A stretch of DNA of 64,000 bases, taken from contig NW_021831284.1 in the NCBI RefSeq assembly GCF_006345805.1, positions 1 through 64,000 on the forward strand, given 5' to 3'. The notes beneath the pieces are model-generated. The model saw only the letters and a list, made by a program, of their open reading frames with translations. It had not been told where the DNA came from and made no database searches. Shown piece by piece: positions 52,345 to 64,000 of the stretch (positions are counted from its first letter, which is position 1; the number at the start of each line of letters is the position of its first letter). The position numbers and the translations under genes are program-made. The DNA comes from Octopus sinensis (taxonomy: Eukaryota).

Positions 52345-53025
52345 GACAGTTAGTAAAGGGAGAAGGATTGTTTAAGACTACGCAGGTTAAGGTGCCTCCC
52401 AGCCTCACGGATTGCGAAGCAGTTGTCGCAGATTACGGCAATGGAGAGGCTTTGAAGAAGCCAAAAGAACTCTCTCGGGTCGTCCCTCCTTTTGGCAATT
52501 CTTCTCCCAAACAGCGTAGGAAACAAAGCGACTTCCGGGCGAAGACCCCAGAGGTCTCAACGGCGATGGGCGTGAAAACGAAGCTGGAGAGGGGTGCGTA
52601 TTTCAGGATTTTGAGATCTTCAGCGCGATTGGAACCAAAGCCTGGGTCGACGGCAGACCTGGCTAGGTTCCCGTTGGAGAATGTGTCACAGCAAGTGGAA
52701 TCCCATATAAGGGTTCTTCCCTGCTCAAAGGGGAATGTAGTTAAGCCGTCAGGGCGTTTGCCGTCACTTCTGTCCAAACCAACAGGTTCGAGGACGGACG
52801 GCACCCCGGGGGCTTCGAGGGAACTCTTCACGATGTCGTTCAGTTCACTGTGGCGAAGATTTCGGCCTGCACTGCGGGCGCAGGAGAGGGGATGTAACCC
52901 GAACTCGTCCATAGTTCCGTCACAGCGACATTTATGGGCCTGACAGATTTTGACCTCGACACGTAAGGAGATGGCGATTCTTTGGCACTCGGAGTCCAGG
53001 AGATTCCCGATTGAAAGGAGGGGGA
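52345..53025 (-). mobile_element. 5'-truncated CRE-like element (RLE domain)
   Basis: Reads [64 protein letters not shown]. Confidence 0.88.
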
Positions 53026-53154
53026 TGTATTAATTTTTTAAAGAAAAAAGTCGATCCAATTTTTTTTGTCGACACTGTAGAAACTAATTATCTTTTTAAG
53101 CTTCATCTTGATCAAGTGAAATAAAGAAATTTAACGAAAATAAAAACAAAATAA

Positions 53155-53720
53155 TTAGTCATAATCGCTATCAATGATCCTTTCATCTTCACCCTTCCGG
53201 TCAACAAAACACTGTGGAGGATCCTCCCGCATCTCTTCTTCCTGTTTAGATACAAAATTAGGATTTATCCCAGGCAATTCAGTCATGCATTGCTCACGTC
53301 GAGCCTAAATTTAAAGAAAACGCCAACTTGATCAAATAGCTCCGTTTGTAACTTTAGAAGCTCATCAATAGTAAGTTCAGAGTTTTCTAAAAGACCTTTT
53401 TTCCGTAGTTTTTTTGATTCAAAAATATCATTTGCATTGCAATGGACACGTGCGTCGGCGGAAAATTCGGGAAAGCCAATATTTTTGACAGCCTCCAGAA
53501 GTATTTCTTCATTTATGGTCTTTCTTTTTGCTTTATCACAAATTTTGGCAGCCTCAGCAGCTACTGAATGTACAAACGTTGTACAGCAATCACGTATGAA
53601 TGATTTACATTGAGTTGAGAGTTTCAAGTCAGGCATTATGTCTTTAATAGCTTTATTGACTGCCAACTGAGATATGCTAACATCGTCATGATCACTTTTA
53701 AATTCAATATCAGATTTCAT
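53155..53720 (-). CDS. DR1: Negative cofactor 2 beta / Dr1 (histone-fold TBP repressor), one 23-nt intron
   Basis: DDVSISQLAVNKAIKDIMPDLKL..FIRDCCTTFVHSVAAEAAKICDKAKRKTINEEILLEAVKNIGF..ELLKLQTELFDQ|ARREQ is collinear with NC2-beta. Confidence 0.9.
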
Positions 53721-54733
53721 GTTAAAAACAAAAATAAGAAAATGAACCAACAACAAAATATAACAAGAATTTTTTTATTCAAAATTTAATTAATACAAAC
53801 AATAAAGGCTAAACTATTTAACCTATTGGTGAATAGTTACCGTCAATTCTTTAAAGTTTAAACCGTCCATTTCCTACGCCTGCAAATCATAAGGAGCACG
53901 GTTATCGTGGTTCAACAGGAGGCGAATCAAGAAGGTCCAACAAAGGGCCCACAGATTAATCGAACGTTGGTCCACGAATACAAACGCTCCGGTCCGGCTC
54001 CTCTGGAAGACCTTATCAAGCTGAACCTCGGTCCGTCAACAAATGCCCCGGCAAAAACGGACTGCCGCCCGGTGTGATCTTGTGTAGGCTCGTAGAAAGA
54101 TCACCGTGCAAGTAAGAGGTCCCTGGTCGAGTGCATCAGGATCACGTGACTTTTTTTGATTCTTACCGTGGTCCTGGTGTTTTTAAAAAAACCTGCCGAT
54201 GGAGGAGCTTGGTGAATAGAATTTCAAAATGTGAGGCAAAAACGGGAACTTAGTTAATTTACATTCTTTTTTTTAATGATAATAATTTAACCTCGTAAAA
54301 TGGGCAGTATATACAGAACTTTTTACGTGTTAGAAAGTCAAGACGGTTAATAACGATCTTGTTCTCGGCCAAGGACACTGCAAATTACTAGAACATGTTC
54401 TCGACCACTCGGCTAGCTGGCCACGGTATATAAACTAATTATCGAATTATTATTTTAGTGAGGATCACTTTCAAAATTCTAAAATTTTATATTCTTTTAA
54501 TTTAATATTTCTTAAATTATTTATATTTAGATTCAAGTAATTATTTGATTTTAAATAAAATATATAATTTGTTTTCTTGTTAAAGTCTAAATTGATTTTG
54601 ATTTATCGGTTGGTTCTTTACTTTGCATTTTTTGGTTCTGATGATTGATAACTATTTTTTAATAATATCCTATTTTTTATAATTTAAATTAGTTCATTAT
54701 TTATTAACTCAAATTCGACGTAAAATTTATTAG

Positions 54734-57700
54734 ATGGAAGAATCACTGTTAAAAGCAGCAGCCACGAATGATTTAAAATTGCTCAACTTTTGCCTCGAAA
54801 ACAACATCTCTATCAACTCAACAAATATGGTTTCTAATTAGTCTAATAAAATGTTATCAGCTGCTGGATTGATTATTTTTATTGTTATACTCTCTTATCA
54901 ATATATCAATTAATTATTTGTAGAATGGATTGACTGCCCTCCACATTGCAGCTAAAGAGGGGAATTTAGAAATCGTGGAGCAACTTATCTCCATGGGAGC
55001 AGACATTAACGCAAAAACCCAGGTAGATAGGACATTTAAATCAATAATCTATTATTTAGATGGGGAACACTGCTCTTCACATTGCTGCTTTGTCAGGCAA
55101 AGACCAAGTTGCGGATTTCCTGATTGAAAATAACGCAAATATAAATGCACAGACAAATGTTTGTATTTTTGACTAATTTTTCTAATTAGAGAGGCTTCAC
55201 TGCTCTTTACATGTCAGCCCAGCAGAATCATATTAGCATTGCAAAGGCTCTACTGTCGGCAGGAGCCAATCCTTATTTATTAGCCGATGTACTGCCATCA
55301 TATTTATTATCTAAAAGGAAAAGTACGCTCCTCTTGCCGTGGCATCCCAACAAGGTCACACTGAGCTGATTGATTTGCTGCTAACACACGAACAAATGCT
55401 TGAAGGCACTTCGAAGTTGACAAAACTTCATATGGCCGTGAAAAAAGAAGATATTGACATTATCGAGTCTCTATTAAAGATAGATCACCCTATCGACGAA
55501 CTATCCGGTGTAAGTATATGCATAGAAATGTATTGATAGGATGGTTTTACTCCCCTGTGTACAGCTATTAACTACGGGTGTTATAAAGCTGCAGTGTGTC
55601 TCATAGAACATGGGGCTGACGTCAATATAGTTCTTAAAGTGCATTTTTATCCACTATTGATATAGAATAACAACTCTCCTATTCATTTTGCTACAAAATC
55701 TGGTAGATTAAAGTTCATAGAGTTACTTATATCTTTCGGGGCCGACGTTAATCCGAAAAATACTGTAAATGTGGTTAATTAATGTTTTAGAGTGGTATCA
55801 CGCCTTTGCACTGTGCAGCCACTTCAGGACACCAGCAAATATTGGAATATTTATTGGAAAATAATGCCGATCCAACATCTTCTACCAAAGTTGATCATTA
55901 AACTTGTTTATTTCAAGAGCGGACTCACTGCACTTCATTATGCCTGTCAGAAAAATAACGACGGATGTGCCAGATTACTTATCCGTGCGGGCGCCCAAAT
56001 AGAAGCCAAAACAAAGGTTTAATAAACCTCAAATACCTCTAGAATGGCCTGACTCCTCTTCACACCGCAGTTCACTATGGAAATGTGGCGATAATTAACC
56101 AATTGATTATTCGTGGTGCAGATTATAATGCAAGGACATTGGTAATTAAGCTCACACCTAATTAATTTAGAATGGATATACTCCTCTACATGTAGCCTGT
56201 TCACGACAAGCTATTCAAGTCGTTGAAGCACTGGTTTCGATTGACCAAGTGTTGGTAGATGATCCTGATTTGGTTTTTTCATAAATATTTAAACATGCAG
56301 GATGGATGGACTCCCCTTCACACTGTTGTTTATATGGGGAATTTGGAATTGGCGAAATATTTGGTTGATAGAGGGGCAGATTTGAATATTGTAAACAAGC
56401 AAGGACTTGGAGTTATTCACTTTGCAGCTGCAAATGGGGATATCTCTATTCTCGAATATGTCATTCAGTTGGGCTTGGATGTTAACCTTCCGGCAAGGGT
56501 TTGGTGCAAATCCTTAAATTTCTAGAACGGAGAGACTCCTTTACTGTTGGCAGTTTATTCGTGTAACGTGGAGGCTACCAAAATTCTAATCGCTAACGGG
56601 GCTGACTGTCTATTAACGTCTACTAAACATTACAATGTGCACCACATGGCTGCTAAACATGAAGTGGTTGAATTGATGGGAATTGTACACGACAATGTCG
56701 TCAAGCAAAGTGGTTCTGATCTCAACCTATCAAAGAAAACATACGTAAACAATTATTAATATTTGTTTTAGAAAGGGTTTTGCCCAATTCACATTGCCTG
56801 TAAATACGGGAGTTATAAAAACGTGGAATACTTATTGAGTGTAGGCGACGACGTGAACAGCCTGGCAGCTGTAATATAATATTAGTTAATAAATAGAGGA
56901 AACTAACTCCTTTGTTGATTGCAACCCACTACGGGAATTATAACACAGTAGAAACATTAGTGAATGGTGGTGCTAATTTGACAAGTGCTGCTTCGGTTTA
57001 GTTTGAAATTTTTCATTTTAAAGAATGGTTTCACAGCAGTTCATATTTCGATTTCATATAACAACTTTCTTATCGCTGAATTGCTTCTCTCCCGTGGTGC
57101 CTCCCCTGACACTCTTTCTAAGGAATATTTTATCTTTGTCATGCTTAGGTGGGATTCGCTCCACTTCACTTAGCCACTAGCAGATCCTCGATTGAAGGGG
57201 TTACTTTACTTTTGAAGTATTCTGCCTTTAATTCTCCTTCATCCAATGTCTTGATAATTTACATATATTGATAGGAAGGAATTACCCCAATGCATTGCTG
57301 TGCTAAAGAAGATTGTGTTGACTGTGCAGAGCTGCTCTACGCTGATGGGGCTTCTCTTAATGTTCAGAATAAGGTGGTTGTAATTTGATAATCTGTAGGA
57401 CGGATACACTCCTCTGTTGATTGCATGCTACTACGGAAGTTTGAAAATGATTTTGTTTCTCCTTAAGAATAAAGTGTCTATTGACATGCAAACTAATGTT
57501 TGTAATTTTTGAATAATTTCGATATAGATTGGTTACACTGCTCTTCACCAGGCAGCTCAACAGGGGTCTCTCGAGTTTGTTCATTTGTTATTGGAGGCTG
57601 GAGCCAATCCAGATATTTTGTGCTATGAAAATCAAACTGCTCTGGACATTGCAAGACTGTTTGATCATCCCGAAATTGTCAATGTTCTCTCCGCTTGTAC

Positions 57701-60700
57701 GACTGCTGAGACATCTGGGCCAATATCGAAAGAAAGCCGAATTGTTGGAGCACCTACGGGAATATATGAAAGCATTTACATGGAATCTGAAGAGGAAACA
57801 AGTATTTAAATTGCTGTGGCTTTTAATCGGCGTACTATAATATACACGCTTGAAATAGTTATGTAGCTTACCGCATCGTTAAGTCTTTGATGCTGTTGTG
57901 CATTGCCGTTTTAATTATTGCTGTATTATGTTTTTTTTTGATACAATATTTAATCGGTTATTAATTTAATCTTATTTTTAGGTGACGCTCATACATTAAG
58001 AAGACTTCTACGTTTCCCAAGTAAGTGTCAATAAATATATATCTAATGATAATTTCGCGTATATGACATATGTTGTCATTGCTTTTATATTTAATGGTCC
58101 CAATGAATCATTTCCTTTTTAACTATGAATTGCTTTTGCTGTGGCTCGTCTCGCAAAAAAGCCAAAAATTGGTGCAAAAGATTTTTTAGTCGCAACAAAG
58201 TCAAGAGTATATTAATCCCTGAATCATTAATATTTATTGTTTTTACTGACTATTTAAAAATTATTGGCAATTTTACTATAATTTAGAATATGTTGACAAT
58301 TCTTCAAATTTCCTGAACAGTACATATCCCGTTGGTCAGTCATTTGATGGAGTATCTGCTACAATTGTTACTACCGATATAATATTTTTGTAGGAAGGAG
58401 AGTTGAAGAGGAAAGACGGCACTGAGACTAAACTCAATGTCGCTTCTAGCGTTCCTTTGGTGTCGACTTCTTGTATATTTGAATCGAACACCCAGACCAC
58501 AAATCACGAGCAAAATAAAATTTTTACAACTTTGTGCCAAAAACAGTTACGTGAAAGAAATGGTAGAATATTCGCATTTGATGGTCACGGGAATCCATAT
58601 TTTTGCAAAAATTATTTTTCTTCATTAATGATTGACAAAAATGATGATGACGTTCTACGATTGTGTGATTCAACAAATGCCAATATTTGTTATGACATTA
58701 ATGGCATTCCTTTGGTTGATTCCATCGAATATTTGCTTTACTACGATTCCTCTAAGCTCCTTTTTGCAAAATCTAAAGATTCGAAGGTGTATCGGGTTCA
58801 TTATGGGGATGAAACGTATGATGATGGAAAGCAGTTAGAGAAGCCGAGTGTTTCTGTTAAACTGAGAAGTAATGAGTGCTATGATATTGAAAACAATGAG
58901 ACGACGTTTTTCGACTTTGAGGGATTCCCTATTCTAGAAGGAAATGGAATAATTCACGCAGATTATCACCGAAAACTGTACTATTTGGACCAACAACAGA
59001 AACAGGTGAAACCTTTGTATAACAGAACATATCAAATGAAGAGAGAACCTAAGGAGGTTTTAACAACATTTGACCATAACGGAAACCCACTACTTGGTCT
59101 ACTCCCAGATTCCTTGTTTTCAAAATGTGCGGATTCCTTCATGTTAAATAAATATGGGATTCCACTAATTAATAACACGGTTGCTCGTCAACTCTATTTT
59201 GACGAAGACGGGGAATTGGTATCAGTCGATGAATCAGGGAAGTCCACCACGGTTGTAATGGAAAAAAACGATTCCCCTCTCATGAACACAATGTCTCGTA
59301 TAATAAATGAAACGGATGATGCAATATATATTAGCTGTCTCAATTACAAGTCTGTGCAGTATAATTATTATGGCTTTCCTATCATTTTTGGAGATTATCG
59401 ACAAGAAGCAGTCGATTTCCGACCAAATGGATTGTTGGAACTAAACTCTAAAGTTTTATGTGATTCTACCACCAAAAAGCCCTTAGTATGGCCATTTGCT
59501 TATTCTGATATGATCTGTGACTGTAAGGGTATTTCTCTACCCTTTTCCGACCTTTCTTCTTTTATGAGATGTGTCAAAATAACTGAAGACAATATTTTGT
59601 TAAACTGTGATACTTGCACTGGAAATATGATATATTTACCCAATGGGCTGCCTTTTTGCAATACTGACCGTTCATTGTCAATGTTTTACGGAAATGACAA
59701 CCTACTTTACTGTGAAAGTGGGGAAATACTCAAGCCAGTGTTTAACAGTAATATGGAACAGATCGACATGGTGTCTGTTAATGCTCATTTCCGTGATAAT
59801 TCATACGTTACATCTTGTGATGATATTTCATATGACTGTTTTGGAATGCCATTGGTGAGGTTTGAGTCTAATTCTCTTGCTTTGGTGGCCAATGAGGATG
59901 GACGAGTATGTATAGTTGATGGAAATGACGTAAAGTCTGAATATTTCCTTCTCGACTCTCGTGGAAATTTTGTGATGCGTCGTACTCGTCTTGGTTCACT
60001 TGTTTACAATTATTATGGAAAATTGATTAATCCAAATGACTATGACGCGACTCTTGTCATGGCCGACAATCATTACTGCCTGCAATACTCAAGTCAAACT
60101 GGGCTGATTTATGATGATTCTGCGTGCCCATTAATCTGCAATTTGGATCAGACCTTATTAAGATATGATGCTTCCGGAGAACTCATGTACAATAATTTGG
60201 TAGTTTGTGATCAAGATGGTGTGCCCTTGAGGCATCCGGGTTCGTTTGTACTACGAGGGGGCGGATGTGCTTACCTTTCATCTCAATACAATCCTTCGTT
60301 TTTTTATAATTGGAGGGGAATCCCTATTACTACTGATAGCACCATTGGATCAATATTACGAAGAAATGAAGACTATACACTCTGTTTTACAGATCAAGTC
60401 AGTTCCTTTCCCCTATATTATGATTCTGACTGTTCTATCCATATTCCATCGCCCAATTTGATTGAAAATGAAAATTATTTTTATAATTCGTCTGGTTTCC
60501 GAGAAAATGGTCAAATACCATACAGAAAAATATTTTCTCGATCTGATGGAAATTTATATATAGACGAGAACACTGAGAGATGTGTTTATATGGCTAGTGG
60601 GCTTCCATATGCTTTTGTCGATAATGGATATGGAGAGGTTCTCTATTACAACAGAAATGGAGAATTAATGCACTATTCCTCGATTAACAAGAAATTGTCC

Positions 60701-63297
60701 CCCATTTATGCTCATCCTTCTACTCCTTTTACTGATCCCTGTGGTTCTGTCGTATTGTGCGATGACAAGAATGCATATGTCAAACCGGGACAGCGAGGAG
60801 GTATTTTATTTGGCTCCAATGGAATGCCATTGTTGGATGTTCCCCCAGGAAGATTAAAGTCAATATCTGATGGGACATTTTTGTTCACGCCGCATATTGG
60901 AGGAAATCCTCTCATTCTTGTTTATGAGGGCAATCATAGGCCAATCACTTGTAAAGAACAAGCCGAAATGGTTTTACTGTTTTCTGTCATTTCTAAGGTT
61001 GATATCGCTGCGGTAGAGGAGACTGGATGGGCTAGTACTGGTCTGAATGGTCCAGTAATTCCATTACTCGATAATGCAAATCTGCTGGAATGTCAATTTA
61101 CTGATAATTTCGAATCAAATATTACCGAATCTATCACTTCATTAAAGTTTGAGTTATAAAACAGAATTTTCTTAGATTCCGAGTCAATTTTATGATTGAT
61201 GCAAAGCCGAAAGTGTTGGAGAATGAGAAGCTTAGAAACATGCATATTTTTGTTGGTGTTGACACTGTTTTGCGTCCAACAAGAATAAATGTTAGTTTCT
61301 CACATCCTTCATCTGTGACTGGACCAGAATTAACAGACGGAGAATACTTTATTACAAAAATTATTCAAATCAATGCTCAGCAGGCTAATTTCAGAAGGTT
61401 TCCAGGTATTTCTATTTTAGACCTCTGGTGATTGACATTCCGTATTATTCAGTGAATGAGGCTGATCGTTCGATTAATGTCCTATATTGTATTTCCGACG
61501 GGAAGTGGCTGCCTTATCCTCCAAATGATTGCGCAGAAATTCTTAACGAGATCGTTTTGTCTTCTTTTGGTGCAGAGAAAAAAGAAGGTTTGTATAGTTG
61601 ATAGATTTAAAGATTTTTTGAATGTGCCTGCTAATGTCGTGAGGATGTGTATTAAATCATTTCCTCTCTCAATGGTTGTTATTTCACGTCCAAAAACAGT
61701 CGTTTATGAAGTGGACATCAATGAACAGACTATATACCCTAATTCTTATTGTTCTCTTACTTTTCCCGCCAATTCCGTTAAGGTCTCATCAAAAATCGCT
61801 ATTCAGGTTTTATATTTTTAATTATTTTAATAGATTCTTGATGTGGAAAAGACCGAGATTGAAGACGTTCTTGGCGGAGAGATACTCGTGAGTCCCGTCA
61901 TTGTTATAAAACCACTGAATCTCGAATTCCGAGACAATTTCAAATGCAAACTTCCCATGATTGTTCTTAATGACATTAATACTCTTCTGGGTTATGAACA
62001 CAACATACACATCTTCTCATCTACTAACTGTATATGATTTCATGTGTAATCGACACAGACAAGTCCTCTTTGTGGGAAGATGTGACTTATTCTTCGGATA
62101 TTTCTCTCTACGGGGACAGTAATGTTGTCTTCACTGCATCTCGAACAGCCAAGTAGAAAAATAAATAACGATGATAGATATTGGGCTGTGGCTGCAAGGA
62201 ACAGTGATGAAAATATTTGCCATAGTAATTTGGGAACTCTCTATAAGCGGATCATTTCTTTAAATTATTTTGCTCGCTTTGTAGTCTACGCTTTTCGGAC
62301 TTCTCCAACATTATGTCATCTCATATGTGCCTGTGTTACTGATGCAGTTCAACAATCATTTTCATTTTTCGAACACAGTGGATATCAAAATGTGATGAAT
62401 TCAAATTATTTAAAAGTATATCCGATTTTTGAATTGATATTTACAGATTCCTGGATATCAATATATTTATGTGTCTGTTTCTGGTTGGGGATCTTATTCA
62501 ATTAAGCAGAAGGATCTTTGCATTATTTATTTCGATCCCCTTTTTGAGAATTTGTTGGAAATGTATGTAGAATTTCCCTCAAGATTGGATGAGTCAACAT
62601 CTCAAAAATCATTGATATCTTTTTACAATAACAAGTCCAGGACGTTCACTAAACAGACTATTATATATCCTGATAATATACTGGTATATTTGGTGATCAA
62701 ATTTTTAGGAGTCCCCCGCCAACTCGAAACAAAACGGGCATGAATCAGAGGGTTAGTCATACTCAACAATGATTAGCTTTAGATTTTTCTGTGCCAATTC
62801 AAATTCCGAGTGACAATTATTCTGAACACTCCGAGGAGCCTATTAAGACAAATCATAGTTTTCAGTCCGAGAGTGAATCAAATGAGTTACGTTCTGAAGA
62901 GTGTGTACTAGAAATGTCGATCAATGTGGAGGACGATAATTTTACAAGAGGTAATTTTGTGTTTGACATGATTATAGTGGATTCCTGTGAACTTACCGAT
63001 GAGCTAAGAACACCTATTAATATAAGTGAGGAGAATCCAAGTATGGAATTACAGTCCGGTTAGTATGTTTATTCTGATGATAAAGATGATCCAGTTGTAG
63101 ATAGCTTGAATTTATCAGACTCAGGTGATGCTAATATTTCGAATCCCATTCAAACTTTGATTTATGAGACTAATATACAAATCACCAACGAAACACGTGA
63201 CGATCCAGCTGAATCAGGTTTGTGATTTATAATAATATTTTTAGTTCAAGTTGTGACACAAGAAGCAGAGGTGGAATCTAACCAAAGTAAATTTTAG
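54734..63297 (+). CDS. ANK: Canonical ankyrin homolog: ANK repeats, ~920-aa novel repeat domain, ZU5-ZU5-UPA-like region, acidic tail
   Basis: N-terminal repeats follow ankyrin membrane-binding-domain order (NGLTALHIAAKEG, GNTALHIAALSG, GFTALYMSAQQNH, PLAVASQQGH). ZU5A: FRVNFMIDA..PTRINV..LVIDIPYY. ZU5B: SFPLSMVVISRP..LTFPANSV..VSPVIVIKP. Introns lie between repeats. The start may have an upstream exon, and the 3' end is predicted by splicing. Confidence 0.85.
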
Positions 63298-64000
63298 TTT
63301 ATTTCTATGTTGTGTGTTTTGATTTCTTGATAATTTGGTCTATTTGGGGCCTATTTATCACATATCGCTTATTAATTCCCTATTTCTTAATTTTGTCCTT
63401 ATTAAAAAGCATCTAGATTATTTAGATTCATTATTCTAAATTGTTTTATTAATTAAATATTTTTTATTGGTTGATATTTATCCTATTTTAGATTTGGATT
63501 GATCTACCATCCTTACCAATTCGTTTTCTTAATCTTTAGTAATTTTAATACATTTTAAACTAAATCACTTCTTTTATTTTCGTAATTTTAAAAACTTATA
63601 TTTACAGAAATAGCTTAATATCTTAGTGACTTGATTTGTATAACTTATCCAAATATCGTCAACCTGAGATATTTCTATTTTCGTAAAAGACCTTTTCACA
63701 TAAACTTAGTGTTTGGGGAAATACTGACTATTTATATGCCCTAAGACCTCAAATAATTAGTTTTTTAATCTTGTAAAGGAATGAATTTTGTATGTCGGAG
63801 TTTTATGGGTTGGTCACAAATGAGTGTTAATAAGTCGTCGACTTTGCTAAGTGGGATATGCCACATCTCATCATTTTATGTTAGGATGATGATTATAAAA
63901 ACAGATTTAAATGTTAAAATTAAAACACTGCATACTGAAAATACTTGAAAAAAAACATTGAGTCTCAATTTCCATTACTATATGTCAGTATACTGTCCAG

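Noticed and set aside
22295-52943. Long plus-strand ORFs 22295-22936, 24021-24662, 27937-28359 and 52326-52943
   Set aside because: They are antisense shadows of GC-richer CRE coding sequence and have no recognisable motifs.
53880-54260. GC-richer segment between DR1 and ankyrin as an ncRNA or gene
   Set aside because: There is no intact ORF or recognisable RNA motif. A weak minus-strand HRAAVRFCRGI suggests an old LINE remnant, but it is too degraded to call.
37888-63297. Functional clustering of ITPR and ankyrin (ankyrin-B binds IP3R in vertebrates)
   Set aside because: They are separated by ~7.6 kb of transposons and DR1. There is no evidence of co-regulation, and adjacency by chance is plausible in a compact genome.

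Overview
AT-rich eukaryotic DNA with the standard genetic code. The host genes are split by many very short GT-AG introns (about 22-35 nt). Their divergent, metazoan-type proteins suggest a reduced parasitic animal such as a myxozoan, dicyemid or orthonectid; this is inference and the taxon cannot be fixed from the sequence. A near-identical block (CRE remnant, CPSF2, IP3 receptor) occurs twice, 34,201 bp apart. Copy B carries an intact ITPR (37888-47126). In copy A, a Jockey/I-like LINE has inserted into a 28-nt intron and the gene is cut off at 12998 by an 8.7-kb array of a 75-bp satellite. That array has a ~1.8-2.1 kb higher-order unit containing the 3' tip of a CRE-type retrotransposon. 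Positions 21.7-34.4 kb and 47.2-53.1 kb are transposon nests. They hold a near full-length CRE-like element with an N-terminal PHD finger, and two Ginger/TDD-like integrase DNA transposons (TG...CA TIRs, 5-bp TSDs, tiny introns). They also hold RTE and Jockey-like LINE fragments with TSDs, a Helitron end, a Tc1 remnant and a MITE. The right end holds DR1 (NC2-beta) and a canonical ankyrin. The ankyrin has an unexplained ~920-aa, intron-free, degenerate-repeat domain between its ANK repeats and ZU5 domains, and no visible death domain. All calls come from reading and translating the sequence by eye; no database searches were run. Some coordinates are approximate.
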